Source: Eledone cirrhosa (lineage: Eukaryota). From it: a stretch of 64,000 bases of DNA. The DNA is taken from positions 99,820,001 through 99,884,000 of the forward strand of contig OZ024746.1 of assembly GCA_964016885.1 (NCBI GenBank). The letters are read 5' to 3'. This document shows, one piece after another, positions 39,003 to 52,313 of this stretch; within the stretch, counting starts at the first letter, position 1; each line of letters starts with the position of its first letter. The notes beneath the pieces were generated by a model. It saw nothing but the letters and a program-made list of their open reading frames with translations. It did no database searches and had not been told where the DNA came from. The position numbers and the translations under genes were made by a program.

Positions 39003-42000
39003 AGCTATTTCGGCACGGGAAACTGAGATCTGATTGAAAAAAAAAAAAAAAATCTACTGGAAAAACAGAGAGGAATCTGTGTTTTTTTTTTATCACGTAC
39101 CGCAAGACAAATTAGAAGATGGTGACAAGACTACGAACAAGCGAAGCTATCAGCATTTACCGGGGAAGGTCATGTTGTCGCTTGGCTGCGAAAAGTCCGG
39201 CTGGTCGCAAGCTTGCAGAAGATAGAAGATGTGGCTGGCCTCATGGCACTGTACCTCGAGGGGGACGCGTTGGTACTCTTCCTTGAGTTGGACGAACACA
39301 GCCAAAGAGATGCGCAAAAGATTGAGAGGCGCATGATGGAAGCGTTCGCAGAGGGACCGTTAGCCGCTTTCGCTAAGCTGGCAAGAATTAGATGGAACGG
39401 TGAACTCGTTGACATTTTCGCAGCGGAAATACGGCGATTGGCCATGTTGGCTGGATATCAGGTGGAATGCGAACGCACGGTGCGGTTGGCGTTCATAAAT
39501 GGATTTCCAGACGACATAGCGGTGAAACTGCAGCAAATCCCGGGTTACAAAGAAATGGAGATGCGTTCACTGGTGGAACAAGCCCGGATCATAGCAGAAG
39601 ATGCCAAGAAGAGTGTTGCGGCGATAGCAACTACAGAGGCTCAAGACAGCTGGCAGCGAAATGGTGAAAGGGAGGCAACCACGGCACGCGGTCACCCGCG
39701 AACGTTTAGAGGTCGCTGTTTTCGGTGCCAGGGCCCGCACATGGCTAGAGACTGCAGAGAGTCAAGGCCGGAAATAATATGCTACCGGTGTAAGCGACCC
39801 GGCCACATCACTACTAACTGCGACCAGGGAAACGATCCAAGGGGAACTACTGCGCCGGTAGTTGCCCCTTACGAGTAGAGACGCTGCCCGTGGTGGAAGT
39901 CTTCGTGAGGGGAAATCCACAGCGAACCCTCGTGGACACGGGCTGTACGACGACACTGGTGACCGCGGGGGTGGTGGAGAGGGAAGGGCAGTCGACGGCA
40001 GGAAAATTGAATGCCGAGGTCACAGCGAGATGAAAATAGCGGTACGGGGAAGGAAAATAAGGCTTTCTGCCATCGTAGTAGACAGCGTGGTTATGGGCAT
40101 GGACGCAATTGGCTTCACAGTGAACAACGTTGGTGTGTCGTATGGCGCCGCTGCATCGGTATGCGCTGTGAGTACGCGACAGGAGAACCAGAAGGCCCAC
40201 GAGGAGAAATACCCCGCTTACACTGTGCAGGACAAAGACTTCAAGGCCGTGTTCGATGGGTTGTTGAGTGGTACTGGAAGGGAGAACCACCAACACTGAA
40301 GACCAAAGTGGGCTGCTATCAACACACATTGAAGGGAAACATTAGGAGCGAGAGGTAGAGAGATGGATTGAGGAGGGCATACTGCTTCCCTGGAAAGAGG
40401 AGGTGAAGTGCGGAGTATTGCCGTTAATGGCATTGGCGCAACCCACGAAGAACAAGGTGAGGCCGGTGCTGGACTTTCAGGAGCTGAACGAGCACGTGTC
40501 ATGCCACACGGGTGGCGAGGTCACGGATGTCTGTGGGGAAACCATGCGTGAGTGGAGACGCATGACGGGGGGTCCAGCAATCGTAGATCTAAAGTCGGCA
40601 TACTTGCAATTGCATATAGATGAGAAGCTCTGGCAGTATCAGCTGGTCAGGTCCGGACATATTGCCTGACCAGGCTCGGTTTCGAGCTGAGCTCCGCACC
40701 GAAGATCATGGCGGCGGTCCTCAAGACCATTCTGGGAAAGGCCGACAAGATGAAGAGGGCCACTAACTCCTACATTGACGACATCCTAGTGGACGAGTCT
40801 GTGGTGGCGGCGGCGGAGGTCACGAGCCATTTACAGGGGTATGGACTGGCTGCGAAGCAGTCAGAAGCGTTGGAGGGAGGAGCCGCGCTGGGACTTAGGC
40901 TACGGCGAGACAGGACGGGCGTCTTGGTATTCCAGAGGGGAAATGAAGTTCCAGAACTGGGCCCAAGTATGAGTAGGCGGGAGCTTTTCTCGGTGTGTGG
41001 AAAGTTGGTGGGTCACAACCCGATTGCTGGGTGGCTCCGGACGGCATGCAGCTATGTCAAGAGACGAGCTAGAGGAGTAGGAGAGAGGACGGTGGCCATG
41101 ATGCAGGAGATCGTAGGGAGGGTGAAGGCCGACGACCCAGTGCGGGGACGCTGGTATGTTCCCAAATTACAGAGTGGGACTGTATGGTGCGATGCCAGCA
41201 GCATAGCGCTGGGTGTCACGTTGGAGATAGGAGGTGTTGAGGTCGAGGATGCAGCCTGGCTTAGGAAGACGGACGACTGCAACCACATCAATGTGGCCGA
41301 ACTGGACGCAGTGTTGAGAGGGGTGAACCTCGCCCTGAGGTGGGGACTGCGCACCATCGAGATACGCACTGACTCGGCTACTGTACTCGGATGGGTGAGA
41401 TCAGTGCTCACCAGTGAGAAAAGAGTGCGAACGATAGGGGCGGCGGAGATGCTGATAAAGCGCCGCCTGGGAACTTTAGGAGAGCTGGCCACCGAGTTCG
41501 ACCTGAGGCTGAGCGTAGTTTTCGTGCCCTCAGAGAAAAATAGGGCGGGCGTCTTAACTAGGGTGAAGAAAGCCTGGTGGAAGCGCCGGAGGAGGTAGAA
41601 GATGAGATAGCTGCCGTGTGTCAGTTGACCGAGTCGGATCTGAAACGGTTGCATGACATGCACCACATGGGAGTGGATAGGAGCCTGTTCCTAGCCAGGA
41701 GAATCGACTCGGACGTTAACAGACACAGCGTTCAAAGGGTGGTTAGAGGCTGCGTCCGATGTCAGTCCATTGATCCCGCCCCGGGTGTGCACGAAACGGG
41801 AAGCCTCCTGGTGGATGTAACGCACTACCGACAGGGAACGTACCTCTCGATGGTCGACTGTGGACCAGGACGGATGACGATATGGAGGGAGATGAAGACT
41901 GGAACGGCCGAGGAAATCATGCGGACGTTGAGAGAGGTGTTCTTGGAGCGGGGCCCTGTGGACGAACTGCTGATGGACAACAGCGCAGCGTTCCGCTCGG

Positions 42001-42503
42001 AGGTGCTGAGGGAGATGCTCGATGGATGGAAGGTGGACCGTTTCTTCAGAGCAGTATCTCACCAATGGAGGCAGTGTTCTGGTACAACATGTCCCCTCGG
42101 GTGGGACAGGTCGAGGAATCGGTGCCACACAGAGCAGTATTCAGATACGAGTGGCGGCACCCGTGCACGCCACCACAACGGCCAGTGGGGAGAGAGAGTG
42201 CATTCGTGCAGGTGGGCGAAGAAGTCTGGGTTAAGCCCCCAGATGCATGTTGCACATCTCAATGGGGAAGGGGGACGGTGACGGCCGTAAATTCCCAGAA
42301 CAATGTATCCGTGGACGGAGTACCACGTAATGTCCTGGATGTCCGTAGAATCACTGTGTCAACGGACTCCGAGGAAGAGGAAACCCAAAGTGTCGCCCTA
42401 ACACTGTGGAGATCGCAAAGAAGTCGCAAACCATCAACCTGGACAGAAGACTTTCATATGCAGAAGGACGAGGGGGAAATTGATCCTTGAGATCAGGGGG
42501 ACG

Positions 42504-42740
42504 TGTGGGTATGGTGTGGCGTGCGGTGACCGGAAGCAGGGGAGTGTTCGACTGGAAGGATGCTCGACCGGAAGGGCCAGCAGATAGGCCTCTCTCTAGT
42601 GGTTACCAGCAACGGTGTGGACGCGAGTTCTGGCAACTCCCGGTGTTAAGGAGCTGGACGCACGTGGAAGAGGCGAAACCAACAGTGGGATTTAGCGGCG
42701 CCTATGAAAAGCGGTAAGTGGATAGCTTTTTCTAACCACA
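42504..42740 (+). repeat. 3' LTR of the Gypsy element
   Basis: tgtgggtatgg...ctaaccaca; differs from the 5' LTR by several substitutions and indels. Confidence 0.93.
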
Positions 42741-43785
42741 ATAAGTAGATAGAAAAATAAATAGATATATATAGAAAAATAAATATATATAAAATTAGAT
42801 AGATAGAAAAATAAATCAATAAATAGATAAATGGATAGATGGGTATATCGTGTTGTAGATAATTGTTTTAATGAGTTATGAGGGATATTGGTTTATAGTT
42901 AATGTAAGTAAATATGGAGTTAAATTAAATTAAGTTAACTGAGTTAATAAGAATATTTATATTTATATATTTTAAATAAGGAAGATACGGAAAAAACTCC
43001 AGTTTTGTTTATTTATTCGTTAGTATGAGACTATTTTGTCAAAATGAGTATAAATGTTAAAGATATAAATGTTGAAAGATATATTTAGCCTGAATTAGTT
43101 AATGGTTATAAATCTAATAAAAGATATTGAAAAATTTTATTTAAAAATATTAAAAATTCGGGAAAATCTTTTTTAAATAATTTATAAGAGATAAGTAAAT
43201 TTTTAAAAAAAAGTAATTTTTAAAAATATATGAAAAATTTAAGAAATATTAAATAAAAAATAAATAAAAATAAATAAAGAAAGAATTTTAAAAAATAAAA
43301 AAATATTAAAATTAAAATTAAAAATTTTAAAGTTAGGATCATATATGTATATATTTTAAGAAATTTCAAGAAGTGAAATTATAGCAAATATTAAAGATAT
43401 GATTTAGAGATAAGAATGTATTAAACAGAGTGGATTGTTATGGAAATAAGTAGAAATATTATAAGTGTAATTATAATTTATATATAGTTCTGAACGTTGA
43501 ATTTAGGCGATGTTTACAAGAACTAAATAAATTCATTCGTATATTAACAGAGTTCCTACATTTAAGTATGAAGAAAATTTCCTCAACACACAATTTGCAA
43601 AATCTAGATAAAACTGTGTTTCTCTCTTTTTCCAGTGTCATTTAAATAAACCGTTGTTTTTCAATTATTTGCATATTCACACATAAGTTTGAATAATCCC
43701 TAATATATTTCCACTATCCAGTGAATTTCCAACCGATAAAGGTATGATTTTCATGGGTACGTCTCTATTTATAAAACAAACTTTG

Positions 43786-43850
43786 TATTTTATCTGATGA
43801 AAGCGTACCAATGTTGTCTTGGTTGCCCTTGAAATATATATAATAAAATA
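43786..43850 (+). ncRNA. Minimal type I hammerhead ribozyme, second (inverted) copy
   Basis: tattttat CTGATGA(43794-43800) aagcgtaccaa tgttgtc ttggttgccctt GAAA(43831-43834) tatata TA ataaaata. Core intact; stem II weakened by mutation. Confidence 0.8.
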
Positions 43851-45087
43851 AATATGGTTTTATTAATATAGTTTCCATTTCTTTAATATCATTGAATATT
43901 TACTACAGTAAACTGTTGAGTGCTCTAAATCAGTTATAAACATTTATGTTTGTTGGATTTCCAACAAATTAAATACAACTTCTACTTATATATATATATA
44001 TACTTACACACAGACACGCACACTTGCGTTGTTTAGGGAGGGAAAGTGTGTGTTGGCGATGTTAATGATGTTAATGATTGTTGGAGTATGGAGATGTGTC
44101 TTGTGGTGGCGGTGGTGATGTTGTGAGCGACAAAACATATACAGGATCGAATTATACGATGGGTTACAGGTTAAAAAGTGACCTAGGGAACACAGGGAAA
44201 ACAAGGTTGTGAACATATAGCGATGTGTGTGGTAGTGGTGGTGGCGATGTGGTGATATGTTCAACAATATATTTACATGATCAGATGTTACGATGGGATA
44301 CAGGGTAAAACTGACAGAGAGGGCAGACATAACACAGTGGTTCCGGGAGGGAGGGGTGATATGTGTTAATGATGTTAATGATTGTTGAAGTATATGGATG
44401 TATCTAGTGGTGGCGGTGGTGGTGCGTGCGACAGTATATTTACAGGATCGAATTTAACGAAGGATTGTAGGTTAAAAAAAACAGAGGGTATATGGGGCAA
44501 CAAGGTTGTGGGTGTGGGATGTTAGACATATAGCTCGACGGACCAATAAATGTAATGAAGGAGTAACCAATTATCCTTGTTATCCTTTCAATATATATAT
44601 TCTCTATTTTCATTTATATATTTATACTCGGAATTTTTCCTTGAGTGCTTAAAATTATTTGTGACTAATCCCGGTTTGACTAGCCTGCTTTTAAATTCCC
44701 CTTTGGCATATTTTAGCTGTGGATCTTAGTTAACGTTGTTGAGCACTACTGAGAAACGACTCCAACCGTGATTAACTCCACTGAAAAGTTTCGTGAAATA
44801 GTCTTTTTAAGACTATATAGTGCATTTGTAGATTTTTCAAAATTGACGGATAAGTATTTACTCTTAATTTTATTCTGAGTTAAGACTCTATTGTTTTTTT
44901 CCCCGGATTACACAAAATCTGTGGATAAAATCTCTGGTCTTGACTTGTTTTGAATTGGGATTAAATTATTTTCCCATATCTTACGTTAAATATTTTTCAT
45001 CTTGACGTAATAGTCACTTATATGTCTGAATTACTGTTGGCTTCTTGCTCACATTAATTTCTCCTTTTTCATTTATATATATATATA

Positions 45088-45680
45088 TCATCATCATCAT
45101 CATCATCATCGTTTAACGTCCATCTTCCACGCTTGCATGGGTTTGGACGGGAGTTTTCCCACTTGAGGCAAGATTGGTTGTCCTGCTCGTATAGGACTGT
45201 CTGGCGGGTTTTCTACGGCTGGATGCACTTCCTAACACTAACCACGTTTACAGTGTGGACTGGGAGGTTTTTACCGTGTTACCTACACGGCCACATTACA
45301 GCGTGGACTGTTTTTTTGTCGTGACACCTACACGACCTCATTTGTTTCGGACTGGATGTTCTGGTACCAACATAACTTCACATTGAATGGGGTGAGTGGG
45401 GGTAGTGGGACGGGGGTGTATTTTGTTAGAGGTGCCTACTGACTGTAGTAGGTTTCGCTTTGTACTTAGGCAAGGCGGGTCTTCTGTATTACTGTGTAGC
45501 GCCAAAGATCTCGGTCCAGTGACATTATCTTGGAGAGGTGTAAGTGTGTAAGGTCGGAATTTATCAAGTCGTCCCAGGTTTTTCTGGGTCTGCCTACACC
45601 GTGGCTACCGTCTATTTTTATCGCCCTGCACTTTTTTATACAACTCTCGTCTTTCATGCGCATCACGTGACCATAAACGT
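45088..45680 (-). mobile_element. 3' fragment of the same RTE family
   Basis: YGHVMRMKDESCIKKC...GRPRKTW peptide; (CAT)n tail on the plus strand. Confidence 0.85.
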
Positions 45681-45719
45681 AATGAAGACATAACAAATCG
45701 TCCTTTTTATTATTATGGG

Positions 45720-47127
45720 GTTTGGTTCGGACCAGACCTCCAGGTGGAAAAGAATTGGGACGAGGTAACGAGCAGAGTAGCCAGTCTCACCCAAAAATGG
45801 GCTGGGAGGAAGCTATCACTGAAAGGTCGCGCGGAGGTGGCGAATGCGTACATCGCGTCCGTCATCTACTACCGCCTGACAGTTGTGCCTTGCCCCCGTC
45901 CGCGCTTCGTCAAGTTGGAACGGCTCCTCTTCAAATTCTTGTGGAGAGGACAAGTTCCGTTGGTGAGGAGGTCCATCTGCTGCGAGCACCCTCTACGCGG
46001 AGGGCTTGGGATGCCGTGGCTAATGATGCGCAGACATGCGTTGAGGCTGCGACATCTCCAGATATTCTGCCTCAACGGTGAGCAGGTGTGGTCGCCGTTT
46101 ATCAGACGGGTCTTTCCGCAGCTCATTTCTTTGACTGAGCTGCAGTCCTGGGTCAAGAAGAGACCGAGACTGGGTGACTGGCACCTGGAATGTTGCCAGG
46201 CACTCACTGCCCTCTACCAAGCGGGCAATGCGATCAGTGGAACTTCCACTCTCGAGTTCTATAGAGGATTAGTGGTGGGCAAGTGCGATGACGCACTCGG
46301 AGAAGCTTTGTACCGAAGGACTTTTGAGCCGGGGACGATGGACAATTTCCAGAAATCCCTCGCTTGGCAGTGCTACCGGGGGGTACTGCCGGTTTTGGAT
46401 AAACTCTACAGGCACGGAAGTGCTGTCAGACGGACCTGCCCAAGATGCGCACAGAACGACGAAACCGTTCTGCACGCACTTGTCCAATGTCCGTGCATTA
46501 CTGACTTGTGGAGTTATGTCGAACAGCTACTGTCGCGTGTGGAACGAATCCGGTTATCGGCCGAGTCCATAGTGAAGATCGATCCACCGCCTTCCTTAGG
46601 TCAGGAAAAGCAGGAAATTTTCCTCTGTCTGGTGGCAGTTGCGAAAGAGGTTATATGGTGGACCAGGTTAAAAGGACTGAAGACAGACACTTTTCTATTC
46701 GGCCAATCCCTCATCAACTTCTTCAAGTTTCACCTGGAAAGGAAGGTGAGGGTGGAGAGAGAAGTGCTCCCCCCCCCCAGTACATTTGCTAAAAGGTGGG
46801 TGAATGTGGCGAGAATGGCTCGTGTGAATGGGCCTACTCTGACCATGCGCCTATAGGCTAGCTAACTTGAGGAGAGGGGTGCTCTCCCTGGGTGCCCTAG
46901 AAGCGCAGGGTGGATCAGGATTGGTGGGGTACCCGAGTCGGGGAATTTATTTTGTTATATTTATGCATAGTTTATTTTATATTTTTATATTTTCATTGTT
47001 AAATTAGTCTTGCCATTGTGCACTTTTACTCGACCTTATTGTAAACCCCCCACTGTCCCTGTCTTTGTATTGTCCCCTACATGTCGGCCCTTGTGGTTAA
47101 TAAATGAAATCATTATTATTATTATTA
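45720..47127 (+). mobile_element. 5'-truncated L1/Tx1-clade LINE (ORF2 C-terminus, 3' UTR, (ATT)n tail)
   Basis: W..RKLSLKGRA.VAN, GGLGMP, CPRC....ETVLHALVQC zinc finger. Confidence 0.88.
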
Positions 47128-47131
47128 CATT

Positions 47132-47893
47132 GCGGTGGATTGGCAGTATCGGTAGAGGGTAGGACACCATGCTAGTGTGGTGGATTGGTAGTGTCGGTAG
47201 AGGGTAGGACACCATGCTAGGGTGGTGGATTGGTAGTATCGGTAGAGGGTCGGACACCATGCTAGGGTGGTGGATTGGTAGTATCGGTAGAGGGTCGGAC
47301 ACCATGCTAGGGTGGTGGATTGGTAGTGTCGGTAGAGGGTAGGACACCATGCTAGGGTGGTGGATTGGTAGTGTCGGTAGAGGGTAGGACACCATGCTAG
47401 GGTGGTGGATTGGTAGTATCGGTAGAGGGTCGGACACCATGCTAGGGTGGTGGATTGGTAGTATCGGTAGAGGGTCGGACACCATGCTAGGGTGGTGGAT
47501 TGGTAGTATCGGTAGAGGGTCGGACACCATGCTAGGGTGGTGGATTGGTAGTATCGGTAGAGGGTCGGATACCATGCTAGGGTGGTGGATTGGTAGTATC
47601 GGTAGAGGGTCGGACACCATGCTAGGGTGGTGGATTGGTAGTATCGGTAGAGGGTCGGACACCATGCTAGGGTGGTGGATTGGTAGTATCGGTAGAGGGT
47701 CGGACACCATGCTAGGGTGGTGGATTGGTAGTATCGGTAGAGGGTCGGACACCATGCTAGGGTGGTGGATTGGTAGTATCGGTAGAGGGTCGGACACCAT
47801 GCTAGGGTGGTGGATTGGTAGTATCGGTAGAGGGTCGGACACCATGCTAGGGTGGTGGATTGGTAGTATCGGTAGAGGGCCGTAACACCATGC
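47132..47893 (+). repeat. 45-bp tandem array of the SINE 5' head (~17 units), running into a complete SINE body that ends near 48050
   Basis: Unit agggtggtggattggtagtatcggtagagggtcggacaccatgct matches the start of dispersed SINE copies. Confidence 0.95.
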
Positions 47894-48422
47894 TTTAACG
47901 CATAGAGTTATGACCATTGTCATTCTGAGTTCAAATCCCGCCGAGGTTAACTTTGCCTTTCATCCTTACGGGGTCGATAAAATAAAGTACCAGTAATACA
48001 CTGGAATAATTGCTGGCCTTGTGCCTAAAGTAGAAACAGTTATTATTATTACACTCTTTCTACTAAACCTCTCTACTTACTGGAAACTACACATCGAATG
48101 CTCAGTGTGTGTGCGTGTGTGTGTGTGTGTGCATATATGTAAGAGAGATAGATAGTGTGTATGTTCATGTGCATGTGTATGTGTACATATGCATTATGTG
48201 TGTGTGTACATGTAATAGACATAGATTATATGTGTGTGCATGTGTAAGTGCATGTGTGTGAAGGTGCATGTGTATGTGTACATGGGTGTGTGTGTGTATG
48301 TGTATGTTTGCATGTGCATGTATGTGTGTATGTGTATGTGTGTATGTGTATATGAGCATGTGTGTGGGTATGTGTGTATGTATGCATGTATGCATCAGAT
48401 TTGTATGAACATTTCTAACTAC

Positions 48423-48659
48423 CTGAACAAAGATTTCAGTAACTGCATCATTTCATTCTCAGTTTCGTGCCACATGGTTGCACATGCGTAAACCATCGGA
48501 TAAATCTTCTTTGCATTATTCGGTTCTTCAAAGCTCTTATCTGGTGATACACTTTCATCATCATTAATCCGCTCTTTCGTTGAAATAATATGGCGTCTGC
48601 GGTCGAGCACCAAGGATTGTTCAAAGAACAATGGACAATATATCGTTTTCTGGAATAAA
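48423..48659 (-). CDS. chs: Chitin synthase exon (LFQKTIYCPLFFEQSLVLDRRR...VYACATMWHETENEMMQLLKSLFR)
   Basis: ttcag|T acceptor, AG|gtagtt donor. Diagnostic CATMWHET motif at the start of the GT2 catalytic domain. Confidence 0.96.
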
Positions 48660-50794
48660 CTGAAATTAAAGACACAATATTAAGATATAATTTGGGTTTG
48701 TTTGCAAGTTTCATTTGAAATGGATTACACACACACACACTCACTTGCACACACACATACATGAATACATCATATAAACATGATGGAGGCTACCTCATAC
48801 TCGAATATAGCCATTGCTTGAATTTCCAGACATGATGGAGGCTACCTCACACTTAAATATAGCCCTTACTTGAATTTCCAAACATGCTTCCGAATGTGTG
48901 TGTAGCATGGATGTGACTTTTTAGGCCAGCAAGTGTCCTACATTCTCTGGCCTAGTTGTTACAGATTTGGCCCTTGGCAGCAATAATTGTTTGCTGGTTG
49001 CTATGTACTTTAACATGCTGCCTCAGGTCAGCTTGCTGATTGGCAGACATTGATGACAGATTGTTATACCCTACATCATCATCATTTTATGTCTGCTTTT
49101 CCCTGCTTACAAGGGTGGGATGGGTTCTATTCAGCACAGCATCTCTCCATTTGTCATTGTCCTTCATCCTCTCCTCTGTGAGTTTCAGCGATCTGAGGTC
49201 TGCTCTCACCACCTCTGCCAATGATTTTCATGGTCTTCCTCTACTGCGCCTTCCTTCTACTGGGATTTCTTGGCACTTCTTTACCCAGTGGTCACCCTCC
49301 ATCTGCATCACATGTCCATACCATCTCACTCTTCTTTCCCGCATACTACAGCTTATCCCTCTTATATGCAGTTCCTCTCTCAACTCGTCTATGCTTGGTC
49401 ATTCACACCCATTGACATTGCACATCCAACGGAGCAAGCTTGCTTCATTTCTCTCCAGCCGTCGCATACACACCAACATAATCTGAATCAGCCCTTTTTA
49501 CATAGTTCCTTTTGTAATTCTTTAATACAACTTTGCTGAATCAGGCTCCCTCACACTCATTGCATGTCAGTTCTCTTTGGTCTCCCATGCTTCCTGGCAA
49601 TTCCATTTTCAAGCCCTTCTCCACATCACTTTTTAACATTTCTTAATTTCTTCGGGCCATTTCAAAGTGTAATTTCCTTTCATATACAGCTTCTCTACTC
49701 AGAGTTCAATCATTGGCAGCTTGTTCCCAGTCTCCATCAGAGATTCCAGCTTTCATCAGGGATGTTTAAATTATGTCATGTATGAATATAACACAGCATG
49801 ATGGCTGCCTCCTCGTTATCGAGTATGGCCATTGCACGATGTAACAATTATTAATAATTATCAATTAATGCTATCATGTAATGCCTATGTGTGAAGATTA
49901 TTTTTAAAGTGAGGAAAGACTGTGCACTGAGCCAATCCCACTCTCTGAGCGACAGTAGCTATAACCCGAAAAGAAGAAAAGATCAACATCATCGGTAACT
50001 ACTGAGCCGCAGGTTTTATATCGGAGTTATCCCAGTTTCCTGAGTTGCCTTCTCCTAGAAGAATGCCCTGACAAAAGCTAGAGGTCCTTCATTTCCAGTG
50101 ATTTAACCACGCGATCGGGTATCCAGCCCAATTATTTCTATGTCCCTGCACATATATATACGTATGCATATATGCATATACAAATATGCATATATATATA
50201 TATATACATATGAATATAGGTATATATGCATATACATATTTACACATTTTTGGATGGCCGTTGACTCTTATGAGTTCTTCCGTCCTTTATCTTGTCCTGC
50301 AGGGTGTCCCAAATCACCCTCCTCACCAAGTAAACCTGGTGGGGTTACCAGTTGAATCGCCGACGACCTGACCATGCGACAGGTTGTACTGGGTTACATG
50401 TTACCAGTAGCACTCAAGAGTGACATGACATAACATACATACACACAGTAACGGTTGCTTCCAATAAGACACTCTGGATGGTGTGTCTCAAGAAGAAGAA
50501 GAAACTGCGTTATTTTTGCCCCTGGGATGGAGGACACATTCTGGGATGTCTCTCTACAGGTAGTGTTGTCATTATTTACAAGTCACCTATTGTCAGATTA
50601 CAATTGACTTAAAATATTGATTGGATAATATCCATCAGCTCAGCTGGTCTCACTTGGGGACCCAGCCGGATCAATTGGAGATGGTTGCTTTTGACAGGAC
50701 CTGCTGGAAGAAGTGTTTGTGGACTCTGCCCCCACCAACTCTGCCAGAAATAAGTGGGCAAAAAGAAGAAGAAGAAAAATTTCTTTGAACTTAC

Positions 50795-51139
50795 TTCTCA
50801 TGTCTTTGAAGGCGGACAGTTTTAGGAAACCAAATATGAGAGACAATTATGTAGAAAGTTATATATATAACAGCTCCACAGCCCAATGCAATAAACTTGT
50901 TCATTGTGAAATACTTTTTATAAACATTTGGAACATCATCTAATTCATTCATCACAAAGTATGCTGCAAATGTGACTGGTGTTGAGAGTAACAAAGCAGC
51001 CGAATAAGAAAACTTCTGCATACGTAGACTACATGTTTGGTATGCAACGTAGTAACCAACTGCAGTACAAGTTGTCAGTAGAATTATAGCCAAAAATGGT
51101 GAAATGAAAAGAATTTTGATTTCTTCTAAGTTCTTGAAT
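50795..51139 (-). CDS. chs: Chitin synthase exon (TM helices, YQTCSLRMQKFSYSAALLLSTP...HIWFPK)
   Basis: tacag|A acceptor, AA|gtaagt donor. C..Q..S...L.TP and HIW.PK motifs are typical of metazoan CHS. Confidence 0.9.
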
Positions 51140-51307
51140 CTGTAATAGGTAATCAATCAAAATTATCAAACAAGATATAATATAGGATGTAAAGATTGAA
51201 AAATAATTAAAAGAAAAAATATCCAAACTATTTATCCCATTTTGTTACCAGCCCAGCCAAAACTGGCTCTGGTTCTATGTGTGTAGAAATGTCTATCTTG
51301 GTTTTAA

Positions 51308-51539
51308 CCCTTTAGTTACCAACCGGGCCAAAACTGGCTCTGGTTCTATAAAATAAAACCACCCATTTTAAAGGTTTCCAATTTAAATTAAAATCATCCA
51401 ACATAATTTTATATAAGAACTTTACATTAAGACACTATCTTAGAAATGAAATAATTAACAATTTTAGTAAATCCCTCAAAATTCTTCATTAATTAATTTA
51501 AATAGAGTGTATTTCACTAGAAATGTGGTCATGAAAGGG
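51308..51539. mobile_element. piggyBac-like MITE
   Basis: TTAA|CCCTTT ... AAAGGG|TTAA termini. Confidence 0.6.
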
Positions 51540-52313
51540 TTAATTTACTATATTAGTAATGAAATAAGTAGTAATTTTAGTAAATCCCTCAAAATTCTTA
51601 TTTAATTAATTAATATTGCATGCAAGGAAGACAAAGACATTATGCTTACAAGCATATCAGTAATGCCATATAAGGTTGGATTTAGAATTTAGAGGGCCCA
51701 GAGCACTTTGGGTTTGGGGTCCCCTCATACACAAAAAATTAGAATATACAGCCCCCCCCCCCCCCATTTTACATATCAAAGTTAGCTTGGTGCAAGTAAT
51801 TGGAATTAAAAAGTTATACATTCAGGTATTAAATTAAACAATTCTAACCATCCTAAAACTAAAAAGCCCAGCTGAGGGCACAAATAAATTGCAACGGCCG
51901 TTGTTGCTGGTGGGGTCCCCTTTACACCCCATTAAATCCACCAAACATGGATGACAGTGGTAGTATCTAGATCTGGCTACCTAAAAGCCTCTGATAATCC
52001 TAAAGACAAGAGAAAGACTTATGTATATAACAAAGGCGGCTTTTTGGCAGTAATTGGTAGAGTGTCAGACACCATGTTTTGCAGCATAGAGTTATGGCCT
52101 TTTACGTTCTGAGTTCAAATCCCGCGCAGGTTAACTTTGCCTTTCATCCTTACGGGGTCAATAAAATAAAGTACCAGTAATGCACTGGGTAATTGCTGGC
52201 CTTGAGCCAAAAGTAGAAACAATTATGTCTATATCAAGACCTGAGTATCTAAAATTATCTGACAATACAGCAACCAAAGCCATTATGTTTACAATCTATT
52301 ATATCTTCATACA

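Larger units (their letters stand above)
38754..42740 (+). mobile_element. Full-length but frameshifted Ty3/Gypsy LTR retrotransposon
   Basis: TG...CA LTRs, 5-bp TSD ATAAG (38749-38753 and 42741-42745), purine tract before the 3' LTR. Gag zinc knuckles (CFRCQGPHMARDC, CYRCKRPGHITTNC), protease LVDTG, RT YIDD, RNase H WCDAS, integrase HH-CC, in PR-RT-RH-IN order. Confidence 0.95.
38293..43985. mobile_element. Penelope-like element remnant: inverted ~260-bp hammerhead-bearing repeats (38293-38550 and 43620-43889) around an AT-rich core, interrupted by a Gypsy element
   Basis: The two segments are reverse complements by direct reading and the structure is flanked by (TA)n tracts. No RT or GIY-YIG ORF recognised, so the family call rests on the hammerhead type and inverted-repeat architecture. 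Confidence 0.65.

Noticed and set aside
47036-47923. 295-aa and 163-aa repetitive ORFs (also 52299-53027)
   Set aside because: Translations of the 45-bp SINE-head arrays; no coding evidence.
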